Source: Candidatus Poribacteria bacterium | Lineage (GTDB): Bacteria > Poribacteria > WGA-4E > WGA-3G | Length of the DNA stretch: 64,000 nucleotides | NCBI GenBank assembly: GCA_963663765.2 | Contig: CAXXUA010000003.1 | Coordinates: 201,534-265,533 of the forward strand | Direction: 5' to 3' | The notes under the pieces: model-generated | What the model was told of the DNA's origin: nothing | Database searches by the model: none | What the model saw: the letters and a program-made list of their open reading frames with translations, nothing else | In this document: positions 1-9,586 of the stretch, piece by piece | Position numbering within the stretch: the first letter of the stretch is position 1 | Layout of the letters: each line of letters opens with the position of its first letter | Made by a program: the position numbers and the translations under genes

Positions 1-1
1 A

Positions 2-427
2 CGACTTTTCAAACGTATAAACAGAATGATGCCATGGGGTAAAGGTTGGGTGAAACTGTCCAAGTGTGAAGCAGAATGGTTGGATAAGAGTCGTTTCTTT
101 AATCCGATTCACACTTACTTTGACAAACGACCAGAAATTGAGATCTCTGAATTAAAAATTGCTACTGACTCGCTACATTTTCAATTTAACGCTGCAGATG
201 AAGATGGAATACATCAACTCTTGCTGTTTGTACCTAAGGATATAGATAATCTATATCGGATAAACAAGCTTCATGGTTGTCAAACTCTAAACGGTCAAAA
301 GAAGGGTACCGTTGAATTTGAAGTAGCCAATTCCAACATAAAAAAGGGTGAAATTCGCATGATTGATATGCATGGAAATATCGCATCACGAGAATTCTGG
401 ATTGAGGAAAAAACGGATGAAAAATAA
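2..427 (+). CDS. 3' part of a membrane-anchored WD40-family tandem paralog (5' end lies upstream of the window)
   Basis: The frame is open from the window edge. RLFKRINRMMPWGKGWVKLSKCEAEWLDKSRFFNP...IRMIDMHGNIASREF aligns colinearly with the last ~140 aa of the next two genes. Confidence 0.75.
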   Translation, partial: RLFKRINRMMPWGKGWVKLSKCEAEWLDKSRFFNPIHTYFDKRPEIEISELKIATDSLHFQFNAADEDGIHQLLLFVPKDIDNLYRINKLHGCQTLNGQKKGTVEFEVANSNIKKGEIRMIDMHGNIASREFWIEEKTDEK

Positions 428-2429
428 AAAAATATTACTCTTACTCATGGTTTTGGTTATAGCAGTTGTTGGTGTCGTAGTCTTTTTTATCTCTCGTCCA
501 CAATCTGAAGAATTGCTTCCACAGACATTCGCTGAGCTGCCAGAAAAACCTAAACTCATTGCGATATTTAATCACGCATCAGAAATTGATGATGACGCAA
601 ATAAACCAATAGATTTATTTCTTAGAGAGGTTTATTCTGTTTCGTTTTCTCCAGTAGATGCTTCTCTCATAGCGAGTGTCAATGGAGCCGGTAAAATAAA
701 GTTATGGAACACAAATAACTCAAAAGAACCTATAAATATTTTAGATCATCCCGATAAATACCCCTCCATCGGTTTCTCACCCACAGGTAAATTTCTCGTG
801 AGTGCTAAATGGAAACTGATATTATGGGATGTTGCATCCGGCAAAAAAGTCAGTACCCTTGATACATCTTACAATCAATTCGCTTTCTCTCCAGATGGAC
901 AACAACTTGCAACAGTTCCATTTAATGAAGTTAAACTCTGGGATATACGAAATCCAAAGAATATTGTTGAAATAGCCACCCTACCTTATGACGAGGCACA
1001 TAAGGTGAAAGGTTGGGCATGTGCAGTTGACATTTCGTCCGATGGTAAATGGATCGCGGCGGGATATTCACAAGGAACTATAAACGTATGGGATTTAAGG
1101 ACCAAACAACTTGTCAAAACTTTAGAAACATCTTTTTATGAAATGGATTATCTAAAGTTTTCACCTAACAACAAATATATGGTTAGTGGTGGTCATAAAC
1201 AGGACATGTATAGTACTGCAAATCCGAAGGGTTACATTATGTGGGAAACGCCAAGTTGGCAACAGAAGGGCGAGGTACTACGCGGACATGTCGAAAATCT
1301 GGCATTCTCCCCTGATGGAAAGATATGTGTCAGTTCTAATGATCAATATGTTTCAGGAAGAGGTGGCGTAGAACTCTGGTCAACAACCAACGGTGCACCT
1401 ATAACCTCATTACCAATAGGAGCTCGTGATGCTGCTTTTTCTAAAGATGGAAATCTACTCGTTGTTGGAGAAATATATGGTGCAGTCAGATTGTGGAAAC
1501 TTACCCCGAAACATTTTGATCTAACCACAACACCTTCCGATATTGTACGAATAATCTACTGTCTGGCAAAAGATAAAGAGCCCCCACCAAATATCGTAGA
1601 CAAAATTGATCGAACAATTAGAGATGTTCAAGATTTCTACGCAGATGAGATGGAACGCCACGGATTCGGCAGAAAAACATTTAAGTTTGAAACAGATGAA
1701 AATGGAAAAGCCAAGGTTTATCTTCTCAAAGAAAGTCAAACTGAAAAGTTTGACTTGTCAAACGATTGTTGGCTTGCCATTGAAGATGACACATCAGGTG
1801 TTTTCTCAAATTTTTATAAATTAATAAAAAAAGCAGGTATTAATGAGACTTTTCAGTACCCAGACAGTAGAACCATAAGAAGCAAAAATATTGAAGGATT
1901 TACCCATGGGAAACTTGTTTATGCCTCAGTTAAAGACCTAAAACGGAAACCACTTGCGTATGCTCTCAGAAATGGTTTAGGTTTACCATATATTCCATAT
2001 AGACCTCATTCAAGACTTCTAAAAGATTTTCATTTCCTTATGCGTGATGTGATGTCGTGGAGAAAAAAGAAAGCAAAATTGTCCAAATGTGAAGCAGAAT
2101 GGTTGGATAAGAGTCGTCACTTTAATCCAAACCAACCTTTCTTTGACAAACACCCTAAGATTGAGATAGATATATCAAAACGAGATGCTTCAGGCTCACG
2201 GATTTTCCAATTTACGCTTGAAGATGAAGATGGTATACATCAAGCACAGTTGTTTATACCTATAGATCCTAAAATGCAACGAGGAGGAGGTAAGAAACTT
2301 CACAATTGTCAAGCACTAAACGGAAAAAAGAAAGCAACTATTACATTCAAAATATCTAATCTCACAACAGGGACTATTGTACTTCGCATGATTGATATGC
2401 ATGGAAATATTGCATCACGAGAATTCTAA
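417..2429 (+). CDS. Signal-anchored WD40-repeat protein with a conserved C-terminal region of unknown function (tandem paralog 2)
   Basis: ORF 363..2429. The preferred start is ATG 417, preceded by GAGGAAAA, which gives an MKNKKILLLLMVLVIAVVGVVVFF hydrophobic anchor. WD40-type blade ends are present (IKLWN, LILWDV, VKLWDI, INVWDL, VELWS, VRLWKL). The C-terminal ~300 aa are shared with the neighbouring paralogs. Confidence 0.8.
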   Translation: MKNKKILLLLMVLVIAVVGVVVFFISRPQSEELLPQTFAELPEKPKLIAIFNHASEIDDDANKPIDLFLREVYSVSFSPVDASLIASVNGAGKIKLWNTNNSKEPINILDHPDKYPSIGFSPTGKFLVSAKWKLILWDVASGKKVSTLDTSYNQFAFSPDGQQLATVPFNEVKLWDIRNPKNIVEIATLPYDEAHKVKGWACAVDISSDGKWIAAGYSQGTINVWDLRTKQLVKTLETSFYEMDYLKFSPNNKYMVSGGHKQDMYSTANPKGYIMWETPSWQQKGEVLRGHVENLAFSPDGKICVSSNDQYVSGRGGVELWSTTNGAPITSLPIGARDAAFSKDGNLLVVGEIYGAVRLWKLTPKHFDLTTTPSDIVRIIYCLAKDKEPPPNIVDKIDRTIRDVQDFYADEMERHGFGRKTFKFETDENGKAKVYLLKESQTEKFDLSNDCWLAIEDDTSGVFSNFYKLIKKAGINETFQYPDSRTIRSKNIEGFTHGKLVYASVKDLKRKPLAYALRNGLGLPYIPYRPHSRLLKDFHFLMRDVMSWRKKKAKLSKCEAEWLDKSRHFNPNQPFFDKHPKIEIDISKRDASGSRIFQFTLEDEDGIHQAQLFIPIDPKMQRGGGKKLHNCQALNGKKKATITFKISNLTTGTIVLRMIDMHGNIASREF

Positions 2430-2445
2430 ATTGAGGAAAAAACGG

Positions 2446-4533
2446 ATGAAAAATAAAAAAATATTACTCTTACTCATGGTTTTGGTTATAACAGTGGTTG
2501 GTGTTGCAGTCTTTTTCATCTCTCGTCCGCACCATGAGGAATTGCTTCCACAGACATTCGCGGAGCTGCCTGAAAAGCCTAAACTCATCGCGGAATTTCA
2601 TCACGGTGCAACGCGTAATTCTGCAGCGATTTACCCAGATCGTTTTTCTCATGATGTGGCTTTAGCAATTTATTCAATCGCATTTTCTCCAGTAGATTTC
2701 TCTCTGATAGCAAGTGTTAATGGAGCTGGCACTATAAAATTATGGAACATAAACAATACCAAAGAATCTGTAAAGATCTTAGGTCATCCTGGAATATTTC
2801 CAAACATAGATTTTTCACCCACAGGTGAACTACTTGCAAGTGCTGGCTATGAAACACTTACAATATGGGATGTTGACTCTGGGAAAAAAATAAAATCTCC
2901 AATAACTGTCAGACGGCAGGTCGCTTTTACACCAGATGGCAACCATTTAGTAACAGTTCATAAGGGAGTAAAACTGTGGGATATTCGAAATCCAAAGAAA
3001 ATTACGCAAATAGCCACTCTACCTTTTGACGAGGCACATAAGGTGAAAGGTTCGGCATGTGCAGTTGACATTTCATCCGACGGTAAATGGATTGCTGTCG
3101 GATATTCCCAAGGAACTATAAACGTATGGGATTTAAAGACCAAACAATTTGTCAAAACATTAGAAACATCTTTTTTCAATATGGATTATCTAAAGTTTTC
3201 ACCTAACGACAAATATATGGTAGCAGGAGGACTTGATTCGGAAGGGTATAGCAATCATTCTGTAAAGGGGTACATCATGTGGGAATTGCCAAGTTGGCAA
3301 CGTAAGGGTGAAGTGCTTCGGGGAAATGTTGAGAATTTAGTGTTTTCTCCAGATGGGAAGATATGTGCTAGTGCGAATGACTATTCTGGTTACGGAAGAG
3401 GAGTAGAAATTTGGTCAACTGTGGACGGTGCACCAATTACATCGTTAAAAACTGAGGCAAAAACTGTTTCGTTTTCACAAGATGGGAAGCTACTCGCAAC
3501 TGGGGATAGGGATGGTATCGTTCGAATGTGGGAACTCACACATACACAAGTGGATTTAGCTAACGACAAGAATAATCTCGTGAGATTAATATACTTCCTT
3601 CCAACAGGTAAAGAACCGTCTCCAAACATTACACAAAAAATAGATAATACAATTAGGAGGGTTCAAAAGCACTACGCTGATGAGATGGAACGGCACGGAT
3701 TCAGCAGAAAAACATTTAGGTTTGAGACAGATGAAAATGGCAAAGCAAAGATATATCGCATGTATGAAAATCATTTCAATAATCATGATTTTCAGTTGAA
3801 CGATAGATGGATTATTTTTGTAGATGAACATACCGATTTACAGTCTGGTGGAAAAAACTTGTTAAAACTTTACAGATCAGTTCCATATACAAATCCTTTT
3901 CGTCTTTTTGAAAATTCATTTAAATATCCTAATAAGGAGATGCGTCAGATTAACGGTGTCTTAGGTAAAGGCAGGTTGGTCCGCGCAAAAAAGAAGGACT
4001 TTAATTGGAAATTGATAGCATACTCACTTAAGCATAAGTTTGACGTATTACATCGGGAACATCATTTACCTAAGTATGAACCCAACGCTATTAAAAGGGT
4101 TTTCAAGGGTATTAACAAGATGATGCCATGGGGTGAAGATTGGGTGAAATTATCCAAATGTGAAGCAGAATGGCTGGATAAGAGTCGTTTCTTCAACCCA
4201 AACCAACCTTTCTTTGATAAACGACCAGATGTTGAAATGAACATAATAAAAACTGATACTGGTTCACAAAAATTCCAGTTAACTGCATCTGATGATGATG
4301 GAATACATCAACTTCAACTGTTTGTCACTGAGAAATCAGAAAAACACTATAGGTTATACAAACTTCAAGGGTGTCAAGCACTAAACGGTAAAAGGAATGC
4401 AGACATTGAATTCGAAATATCTGATTCTAAAATAACAGGGGGTGAAATTCGAATGATGGACATGTATGGAAACATTGCATCACGAGAATTCAATATTGAG
4501 GAGTTCACATCAGAACCAGATAAAGAACAGTAG
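2446..4533 (+). CDS. Signal-anchored WD40-repeat protein (tandem paralog 3)
   Basis: ORF 2392..4533. The preferred start is ATG 2446, with the same GAGGAAAAAACGG leader and a near-identical MKNKKILLLLMVLVI anchor. WD40 blade ends are IKLWN, LTIWDV, VKLWDI, INVWDL, VEIWS, VRMWEL. The C-terminus KLSKCEAEWLDKSRFFNP...MDMYGNIASREF is shared with the paralogs. Confidence 0.8.
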   Translation: MKNKKILLLLMVLVITVVGVAVFFISRPHHEELLPQTFAELPEKPKLIAEFHHGATRNSAAIYPDRFSHDVALAIYSIAFSPVDFSLIASVNGAGTIKLWNINNTKESVKILGHPGIFPNIDFSPTGELLASAGYETLTIWDVDSGKKIKSPITVRRQVAFTPDGNHLVTVHKGVKLWDIRNPKKITQIATLPFDEAHKVKGSACAVDISSDGKWIAVGYSQGTINVWDLKTKQFVKTLETSFFNMDYLKFSPNDKYMVAGGLDSEGYSNHSVKGYIMWELPSWQRKGEVLRGNVENLVFSPDGKICASANDYSGYGRGVEIWSTVDGAPITSLKTEAKTVSFSQDGKLLATGDRDGIVRMWELTHTQVDLANDKNNLVRLIYFLPTGKEPSPNITQKIDNTIRRVQKHYADEMERHGFSRKTFRFETDENGKAKIYRMYENHFNNHDFQLNDRWIIFVDEHTDLQSGGKNLLKLYRSVPYTNPFRLFENSFKYPNKEMRQINGVLGKGRLVRAKKKDFNWKLIAYSLKHKFDVLHREHHLPKYEPNAIKRVFKGINKMMPWGEDWVKLSKCEAEWLDKSRFFNPNQPFFDKRPDVEMNIIKTDTGSQKFQLTASDDDGIHQLQLFVTEKSEKHYRLYKLQGCQALNGKRNADIEFEISDSKITGGEIRMMDMYGNIASREFNIEEFTSEPDKEQ

Positions 4534-4555
4534 AACACACAAGAAAGGAGAACAG

Positions 4556-5068
4556 ATGTCCAAAAAAGTAGCAATCTTCCCTGCAAGTTTTGACCCAATC
4601 ACACTCGGTCATGTGGATTTGATTGATAGGGTCTGCAAACTTGACGTTTTTGATGAACTCATCGTCGTTATCGGTGTGAACCCAGCAAAACAGGAACGAT
4701 TCACGATTGAAGAACGTATCCAGATGCTTGAAGAGGTTATCAAACCCTATCCGAAAGCCACTATTGAGGGAGATGCTGGGTTGATGGTGCATTATGCGCA
4801 AACACGCGGGGCATGTGTCATCATTCGCGGACTACGCGAAATCTCTGACTTTGAATGGGAATTCAAAATGGCACGGATGAATCAGCAAATTGCACCAGAG
4901 ATTGATACGCTCTTTATGGTCGCTAACAAACAATACGCACATATTAGCTCAACGCTTGTGATGGAGGTCGTTGAAATGGGACAGGGCAAGTTAAGTGAAG
5001 AGAAGTTGTTAGAAATGGTACCACCCGTTGTCGTTGAATTTATCAAGCAGAAGTTTCATGTGCAGTAA
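4556..5068 (+). CDS. coaD: Phosphopantetheine adenylyltransferase
   Basis: MSKKVAIFPASFDPITLGHVDLIDR (T/HxGH nucleotidyltransferase motif) and ISSTLVMEV near the C-terminus. The length (~170 aa) is typical of CoaD. AAGGAG lies 6 nt upstream of ATG 4556. Confidence 0.9.
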   Translation: MSKKVAIFPASFDPITLGHVDLIDRVCKLDVFDELIVVIGVNPAKQERFTIEERIQMLEEVIKPYPKATIEGDAGLMVHYAQTRGACVIIRGLREISDFEWEFKMARMNQQIAPEIDTLFMVANKQYAHISSTLVMEVVEMGQGKLSEEKLLEMVPPVVVEFIKQKFHVQ

Positions 5069-5107
5069 ATGTAGACACGGTTGAACAGCGTCTACAAAAT
5101 TGGATAT

Positions 5108-7456
5108 TTAGAACCTATAGTCTAAACTAATACTTGTGTTGAATCCCGGGGAATTCACACCTGACCCGTGTACACGGTAGCGGCGATCAAATAGATTTTC
5201 AAATGCTAATGTCAAACGAGTGTACTCTTGAAGTTTTATTCCTGTCCGCACATTGAACGTCCACCATCCAGGTGTGCCAGCATCCACTGCAGCACCGTTG
5301 CCACCAAATTCTACTTCCGCAGGATCACGCGTCGATCCTTGAATCCGTGGGTCACGAATGTCGCTTCGGTTCAATCGTCTTTGTTCTGCGGCAGCACGTA
5401 CAAACAGTGTTATCCAATAGTTTGTTTTCACAGGTTCCCACTGAACACCTACAATCCCATTCAACGGAGGTTCTCTACGTGTCCTTGCTTCCCAAGGTTT
5501 CTCTGGATCTGGTTCTACACCGTTAATCAGCAATACCTCCCCACGCAGCAAGGCAGCATTTCCATAAATTGACCACGCAGAATCAATCGGAATGAACCCA
5601 GCTAATTCAACACCTTGAAACTGTGCTTCATCAACATTGTCAAACACAAGCACATCAATCCCTTCGTATTCATTGATAAGGTCTTGATGGAATTGCGGAA
5701 TCTCACCATCTTCATAAGCCTCTTGAACAGTTCTTCGTGCAACTAAACCGTTCACCCGACTATGGAATAACGTTAGTGTACCGCGAAAGTGTGAATGTCT
5801 AACCTTGAGTCCACCCTCAACAGTCCACGAAGTCTCTGGATCAAGGTCAGGACTGGGTGCGGTAACACCTTCGTTAGTGACTTCAACTGCTGTCGTATCA
5901 TTCAGCGAGGGTGCGCGAAACGCTGTACCGATATTACCAACAAGGTTCAACGAATCAGTCAAACCAACAACAACCCCTGCACTTCCTGTCAAACTGCTGT
6001 CAAATTCGTTGAATTCTTCAAAATCTTCAGTGCGTATGGAAAGGTCCGCATTGGTCTGATAAAGTGTTGCGCGCCCACCGAGTGTCAATTCTACTCTATC
6101 ATGTAAAGTAATTTCATCTTGTAGATACAGACTCGCATCCCAGAATTGTGAACCGTCGATAAAACGTCCAATATCTGTATTAACAGTTTCGTTCCCCAGC
6201 GCATCAGTTCGGACGGTATGACTCTGCAGTATATCCAAGTAGAATTCACCACCGCCGACAATACGTTGCCGAGGCAACACAGAACTAACCGCTTGTGCAC
6301 TTACGCCGATAGTATTTACAGTATCGTTTCTATGTCTACGATTTTCCGAATCCTGCAGAACTTCGTTGCGTCCCTCTTCTTGTCTGTGATAAGAGGCAGT
6401 CATACGAAACTGGTCAATAGTATCACCATCAGGATTAGTCAGATAGTTGACATAAAAGAGGTCCCGATTTTGCGGTTCAAAAAAGAATTCGTCAAACTCC
6501 TGTGGTGCAATTTTATCATAGCGAGGTGTCTGCGGTTGTCGCCACAACTGATAAGCCACACTAAGAGTGCTATTATCGTTGAGTAGATACGCAATTTTCG
6601 CATCGGCATCGTAGGCACGCCAACTCAATGGACCTTCATCATCAATCAGCCATTGATCCGGAATATCTTCCTGAATCAACCTATCAATCTCATTGTAGTT
6701 ATAGAGATCCACATCAAACGGTTTTTCACTCACGATTTCATATTTCCGATTTTTGTAGTGTAGGTCATATCCTCTTCCAGCATTTATATCGCCATAATGC
6801 CGCACACCGCCGCCGACACTGAATCCAAACTGCTTTTTGCTACCTGCAATCTCTAACCTACCGAGTCGTTCCTCTGTCGCAGTCGTGAAGCGAGAAAATA
6901 AACGTGGGTGAATCTCCCAGTTTTCTTGTAATGGGTTGAGCATTATGTCCTTCGTAAAGAAACTGACAACTCCCCCCATCGCACCGCTTCCATACAACAT
7001 AGAACTTGAACCGAGAAGCACCTCTGCGCGATCTATTATTTCTGGGGCGATGGTCGCTGTATACTGATTCGGTCCGGATCGGAACGTTGAATTATTTAGT
7101 CGGACCCAGTCAACCTGTATCAACGTCTGGTAACCGGTTAGACTACGTAGCATCGGGGAACCTTGTCCGACTGTCGTCTCTTGTGCAATAACACCAACAA
7201 CATCACGCAACAGGTTAGAACCGTGTTCTGCGTTTGACCGTTCAAGTTGCTTTAGATTTAGAACGCTGATAGCGTTTGGTGTTCTAAAAGTATCTTTTTC
7301 TACACGAGTGGCTGTCACTGTCACCTCTGGCAGTTCCACGACCTTTTCTTCACTGAGTTCCTGATTGTCAGTATGGTTATCCGCACACACAATCGCAATC
7401 CAGCTCGAAAATAAACCGAAACTTATAACCAAAAATAGATAAACAACTTTTTGCAT
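5108..7456 (-). CDS. TonB-dependent outer-membrane receptor
   Basis: Signal peptide, then a plug-like TVTATRVEKDTFRTPNAISVL...GSPMLRSLTG segment, a long beta-barrel region, and the terminal SISLDYRF ending in an aromatic residue. The second ATG (7456) has GGAG 8 nt upstream; the ORF track start is 7471. Confidence 0.85.
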   Translation of the reverse strand: MQKVVYLFLVISFGLFSSWIAIVCADNHTDNQELSEEKVVELPEVTVTATRVEKDTFRTPNAISVLNLKQLERSNAEHGSNLLRDVVGVIAQETTVGQGSPMLRSLTGYQTLIQVDWVRLNNSTFRSGPNQYTATIAPEIIDRAEVLLGSSSMLYGSGAMGGVVSFFTKDIMLNPLQENWEIHPRLFSRFTTATEERLGRLEIAGSKKQFGFSVGGGVRHYGDINAGRGYDLHYKNRKYEIVSEKPFDVDLYNYNEIDRLIQEDIPDQWLIDDEGPLSWRAYDADAKIAYLLNDNSTLSVAYQLWRQPQTPRYDKIAPQEFDEFFFEPQNRDLFYVNYLTNPDGDTIDQFRMTASYHRQEEGRNEVLQDSENRRHRNDTVNTIGVSAQAVSSVLPRQRIVGGGEFYLDILQSHTVRTDALGNETVNTDIGRFIDGSQFWDASLYLQDEITLHDRVELTLGGRATLYQTNADLSIRTEDFEEFNEFDSSLTGSAGVVVGLTDSLNLVGNIGTAFRAPSLNDTTAVEVTNEGVTAPSPDLDPETSWTVEGGLKVRHSHFRGTLTLFHSRVNGLVARRTVQEAYEDGEIPQFHQDLINEYEGIDVLVFDNVDEAQFQGVELAGFIPIDSAWSIYGNAALLRGEVLLINGVEPDPEKPWEARTRREPPLNGIVGVQWEPVKTNYWITLFVRAAAEQRRLNRSDIRDPRIQGSTRDPAEVEFGGNGAAVDAGTPGWWTFNVRTGIKLQEYTRLTLAFENLFDRRYRVHGSGVNSPGFNTSISLDYRF

Positions 7457-7615
7457 TAAGATATTCTCCATTAGGACGATAAGTCATGCATTTATTACAA
7501 GTGTCGGGAAAGGATAATATTCTATCCTATTTCACCATACTATGCAAATTATATGCCAATAAAATCTGCAAAATGTTAGTGTTTTTCACACTTTCCTGTC
7601 ATAATATAGACAGGA

Positions 7616-7634
7616 CTGTTCAATTGTTGAACAG
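7616..7634. promoter_or_regulatory. 8-3-8 inverted repeat CTGTTCAA-TTG-TTGAACAG in a divergent promoter region (candidate operator)
   Basis: Perfect inverted repeat read directly from the sequence, located between the divergently transcribed TonB-dependent receptor and Gfo/Idh/MocA genes. Confidence 0.25.
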
Positions 7635-7747
7635 TAAGATATTTGGAACAGATAAATCCCTATCCGTTCAAACCGAAAAATTAATCACTTGCATTTTGTG
7701 ATTGGTCGTGGTAACTTAAAACAAAAAGAATTGAATGAGGAACATTT

Positions 7748-8749
7748 ATGGCGAAACAGAAATTAACATTTGGATTTATCGGGTGTGGCGGAAATTCACG
7801 TGGACACGGACGTAGTGTCTCTGGTGTTGACAATGTAGAGATCGTGGCACTTGCAGACCCAAGCGAAAACGCGCTCAAAGCATTCAAGGAAACCGTCGGT
7901 TTAGACAATTCCATACCTACATACTCTGACCACGTTGAAATGTTAACCGAAGCAAAACCCGATGCTGTTGTCATCAGTTCACCGCACGGATTGCATTTCG
8001 ATCATATCATGTCTGCACTTGATGCTGGCTGCCATGTGCATACCGAGAAACCGATGGTCTGCACGGTTGATCACGCAAAACAGGTAATAGCAAAAGTAGA
8101 AGAAACAGGTTTACATCTCATGATTGGCTACCAACGCCATTTGAGTCCTACCTATCAATACTGTCGTAATGTCGTCCAAAGTGGAGAACTTGGAAAAGTC
8201 AACTTTGTTGCTGCACATCAATCACAGAATTGGTATCGGAATCAGCAAGGTAAGTGGCGACAAGATCCATTCCTCGGCGGGGGTGGACAATTAAACGACT
8301 CTGGCAGCCATCTTATTGACATCCTCTTATGGGTGTTAGAAGCAAGTCCAGACACTGTCTATGCGATGATAGACAACTTAGACATTGAGGTAGATGTACT
8401 CACTGCAATGTCCATCAAATTTGACACGGGTGCATTGTGCAATATCAGTATCGTTGGACACGCACACGGTGGGGTTCAAGAAGACTTTTCCATCTGGATG
8501 GAGGACGGTGCACTATTTCTTCGCGCTGGAAAGTTGTACCGACAAGGAAAGGTTGGCAGACCGGAACAGGTTGATGACGTTGAACTACCCAAAGGCGGAA
8601 ACAAAGACGTTGCTTTTATTGAACTCATAAGGGGTGAACGAACAGAGAATCCAATCGGTGTTGAAAACGGACTACGTGTCATTCAGTTAACAGAAGCTGC
8701 TTGGCAATCCGCTGACCTTGGAAGTCCTGTTAAAGTTGATCTCAGTTGA
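7748..8749 (+). CDS. Gfo/Idh/MocA family NAD(P)-dependent oxidoreductase
   Basis: N-terminal Rossmann motif FGFIGCGGNSRGH, the EKP motif (HVHTEKPM), and ~330 aa length typical of the family. Confidence 0.85.
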   Translation: MAKQKLTFGFIGCGGNSRGHGRSVSGVDNVEIVALADPSENALKAFKETVGLDNSIPTYSDHVEMLTEAKPDAVVISSPHGLHFDHIMSALDAGCHVHTEKPMVCTVDHAKQVIAKVEETGLHLMIGYQRHLSPTYQYCRNVVQSGELGKVNFVAAHQSQNWYRNQQGKWRQDPFLGGGGQLNDSGSHLIDILLWVLEASPDTVYAMIDNLDIEVDVLTAMSIKFDTGALCNISIVGHAHGGVQEDFSIWMEDGALFLRAGKLYRQGKVGRPEQVDDVELPKGGNKDVAFIELIRGERTENPIGVENGLRVIQLTEAAWQSADLGSPVKVDLS

Positions 8750-8812
8750 ATTTATACCAAAGACAACAAGCATCAATTTATAAGTTGAATCTGCAATCAC
8801 TGGAGAATCCAA

Positions 8813-9586
8813 TTGCTTGATGTCCAAAACCTCTGCAAATCCATTGACAAACAGCCGTTTTTCACAGAACTCACGTTTCAGGTGGCAGCGGGACAATCGC
8901 TTATCTTACTCGGCAAAAACGGCGCGGGGAAAACACTTCTGCTAAACATCTTGGCAACCTTGGTTGAACCGACATCAGGCTCTGTGCATATTGGTGGAAT
9001 AGATGCATTCTCAAACTTGAAACAGGTACGACCACAAATCGGCTATATACCGATTGACTTTGAAGGATACCCAGAGTTGTCTGTCGTTGACTATCTCAAT
9101 TTTTTCGCTGCTGCATATAAATTAGAGAAACAGGAACGCACTGCGACAATTGATGCTGTGCTTGAATTAATGGACATTCAGCATCTTAGGGACATCAGAA
9201 TTGGTTCGTTGTCAACAGGCGAACGTCAACGTCTGTTATTTGCAAAAACCTTTCTTCACGAACCACTGCTGTGGTTGCTTGATGAACCGTTAGCACCACT
9301 TGACCCACGCGGGCAAATTGAGATGGTAGAATTGATCGGGGAACTTCAGGCAATGGGGAAAACGCTTGTCCTTGCAACTAATCGCTTGGAAGATGTGTAT
9401 AAACTGTGTGATATGGGTTCAGGTAATTCACAAAAAAATAATCTCGTAGGAATTCTCAAAGATGGACAGTTCGCTGTTTTGAATACTTTTACCCAGTTAC
9501 AGCAAAATATAAAAGATTCAAAAAATTCAGAGGATATTCAATCAAACTGGCTTTTTGAACACTATATGGAGGTTACAAAAACGTAA
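8813..9586 (+). CDS. ABC transporter ATP-binding protein
   Basis: Walker A GKNGAGKT, signature-like LSTGERQRL, Walker B LLWLLDEP. TTG start as given by the ORF track. Confidence 0.8.
   Translation: MLDVQNLCKSIDKQPFFTELTFQVAAGQSLILLGKNGAGKTLLLNILATLVEPTSGSVHIGGIDAFSNLKQVRPQIGYIPIDFEGYPELSVVDYLNFFAAAYKLEKQERTATIDAVLELMDIQHLRDIRIGSLSTGERQRLLFAKTFLHEPLLWLLDEPLAPLDPRGQIEMVELIGELQAMGKTLVLATNRLEDVYKLCDMGSGNSQKNNLVGILKDGQFAVLNTFTQLQQNIKDSKNSEDIQSNWLFEHYMEVTKT

Noticed and set aside
363-416. Upstream extensions of track ORFs (363, 2392, 4466, 10556, 26465, 30195, 32681, 41612, 47516, 50488)
   Set aside because: In each case the extension overlaps the preceding gene or a repeat, while an internal ATG/GTG with a Shine-Dalgarno-like GGAG/GAGG gives a canonical N-terminus (signal anchor, HxH motif, and so on). 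The internal starts were preferred, without experimental proof.
1186-1739. Numerous short ORFs nested in or antisense to long CDS (for example 1186..1371, 1343..1528, 1521..1739, and similar ones throughout the track)
   Set aside because: All lie within well-supported longer genes and have no motifs or independent start signals. I treat them as shadow ORFs.
1500-1760. Metzincin-like protease domain in the WD40 paralogs (segment ..IYCLAKDKEPPPNIVDKIDRTIRDVQDFYADEMERHGFGRKTFKFETDENGKAKVY..)
   Set aside because: The segment vaguely recalls regions preceding HExxH motifs in some uncharacterised metagenomic proteins. However, no HExxH or other catalytic motif is present in either full-length paralog, so the idea cannot be supported from sequence.
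7457-7747. Riboswitch (for example cobalamin) in the leader of the TonB-dependent receptor
   Set aside because: I could not find a B12-box-like GCCACTG core or any other recognisable riboswitch core by eye. A covariance-model scan would be needed before claiming anything.
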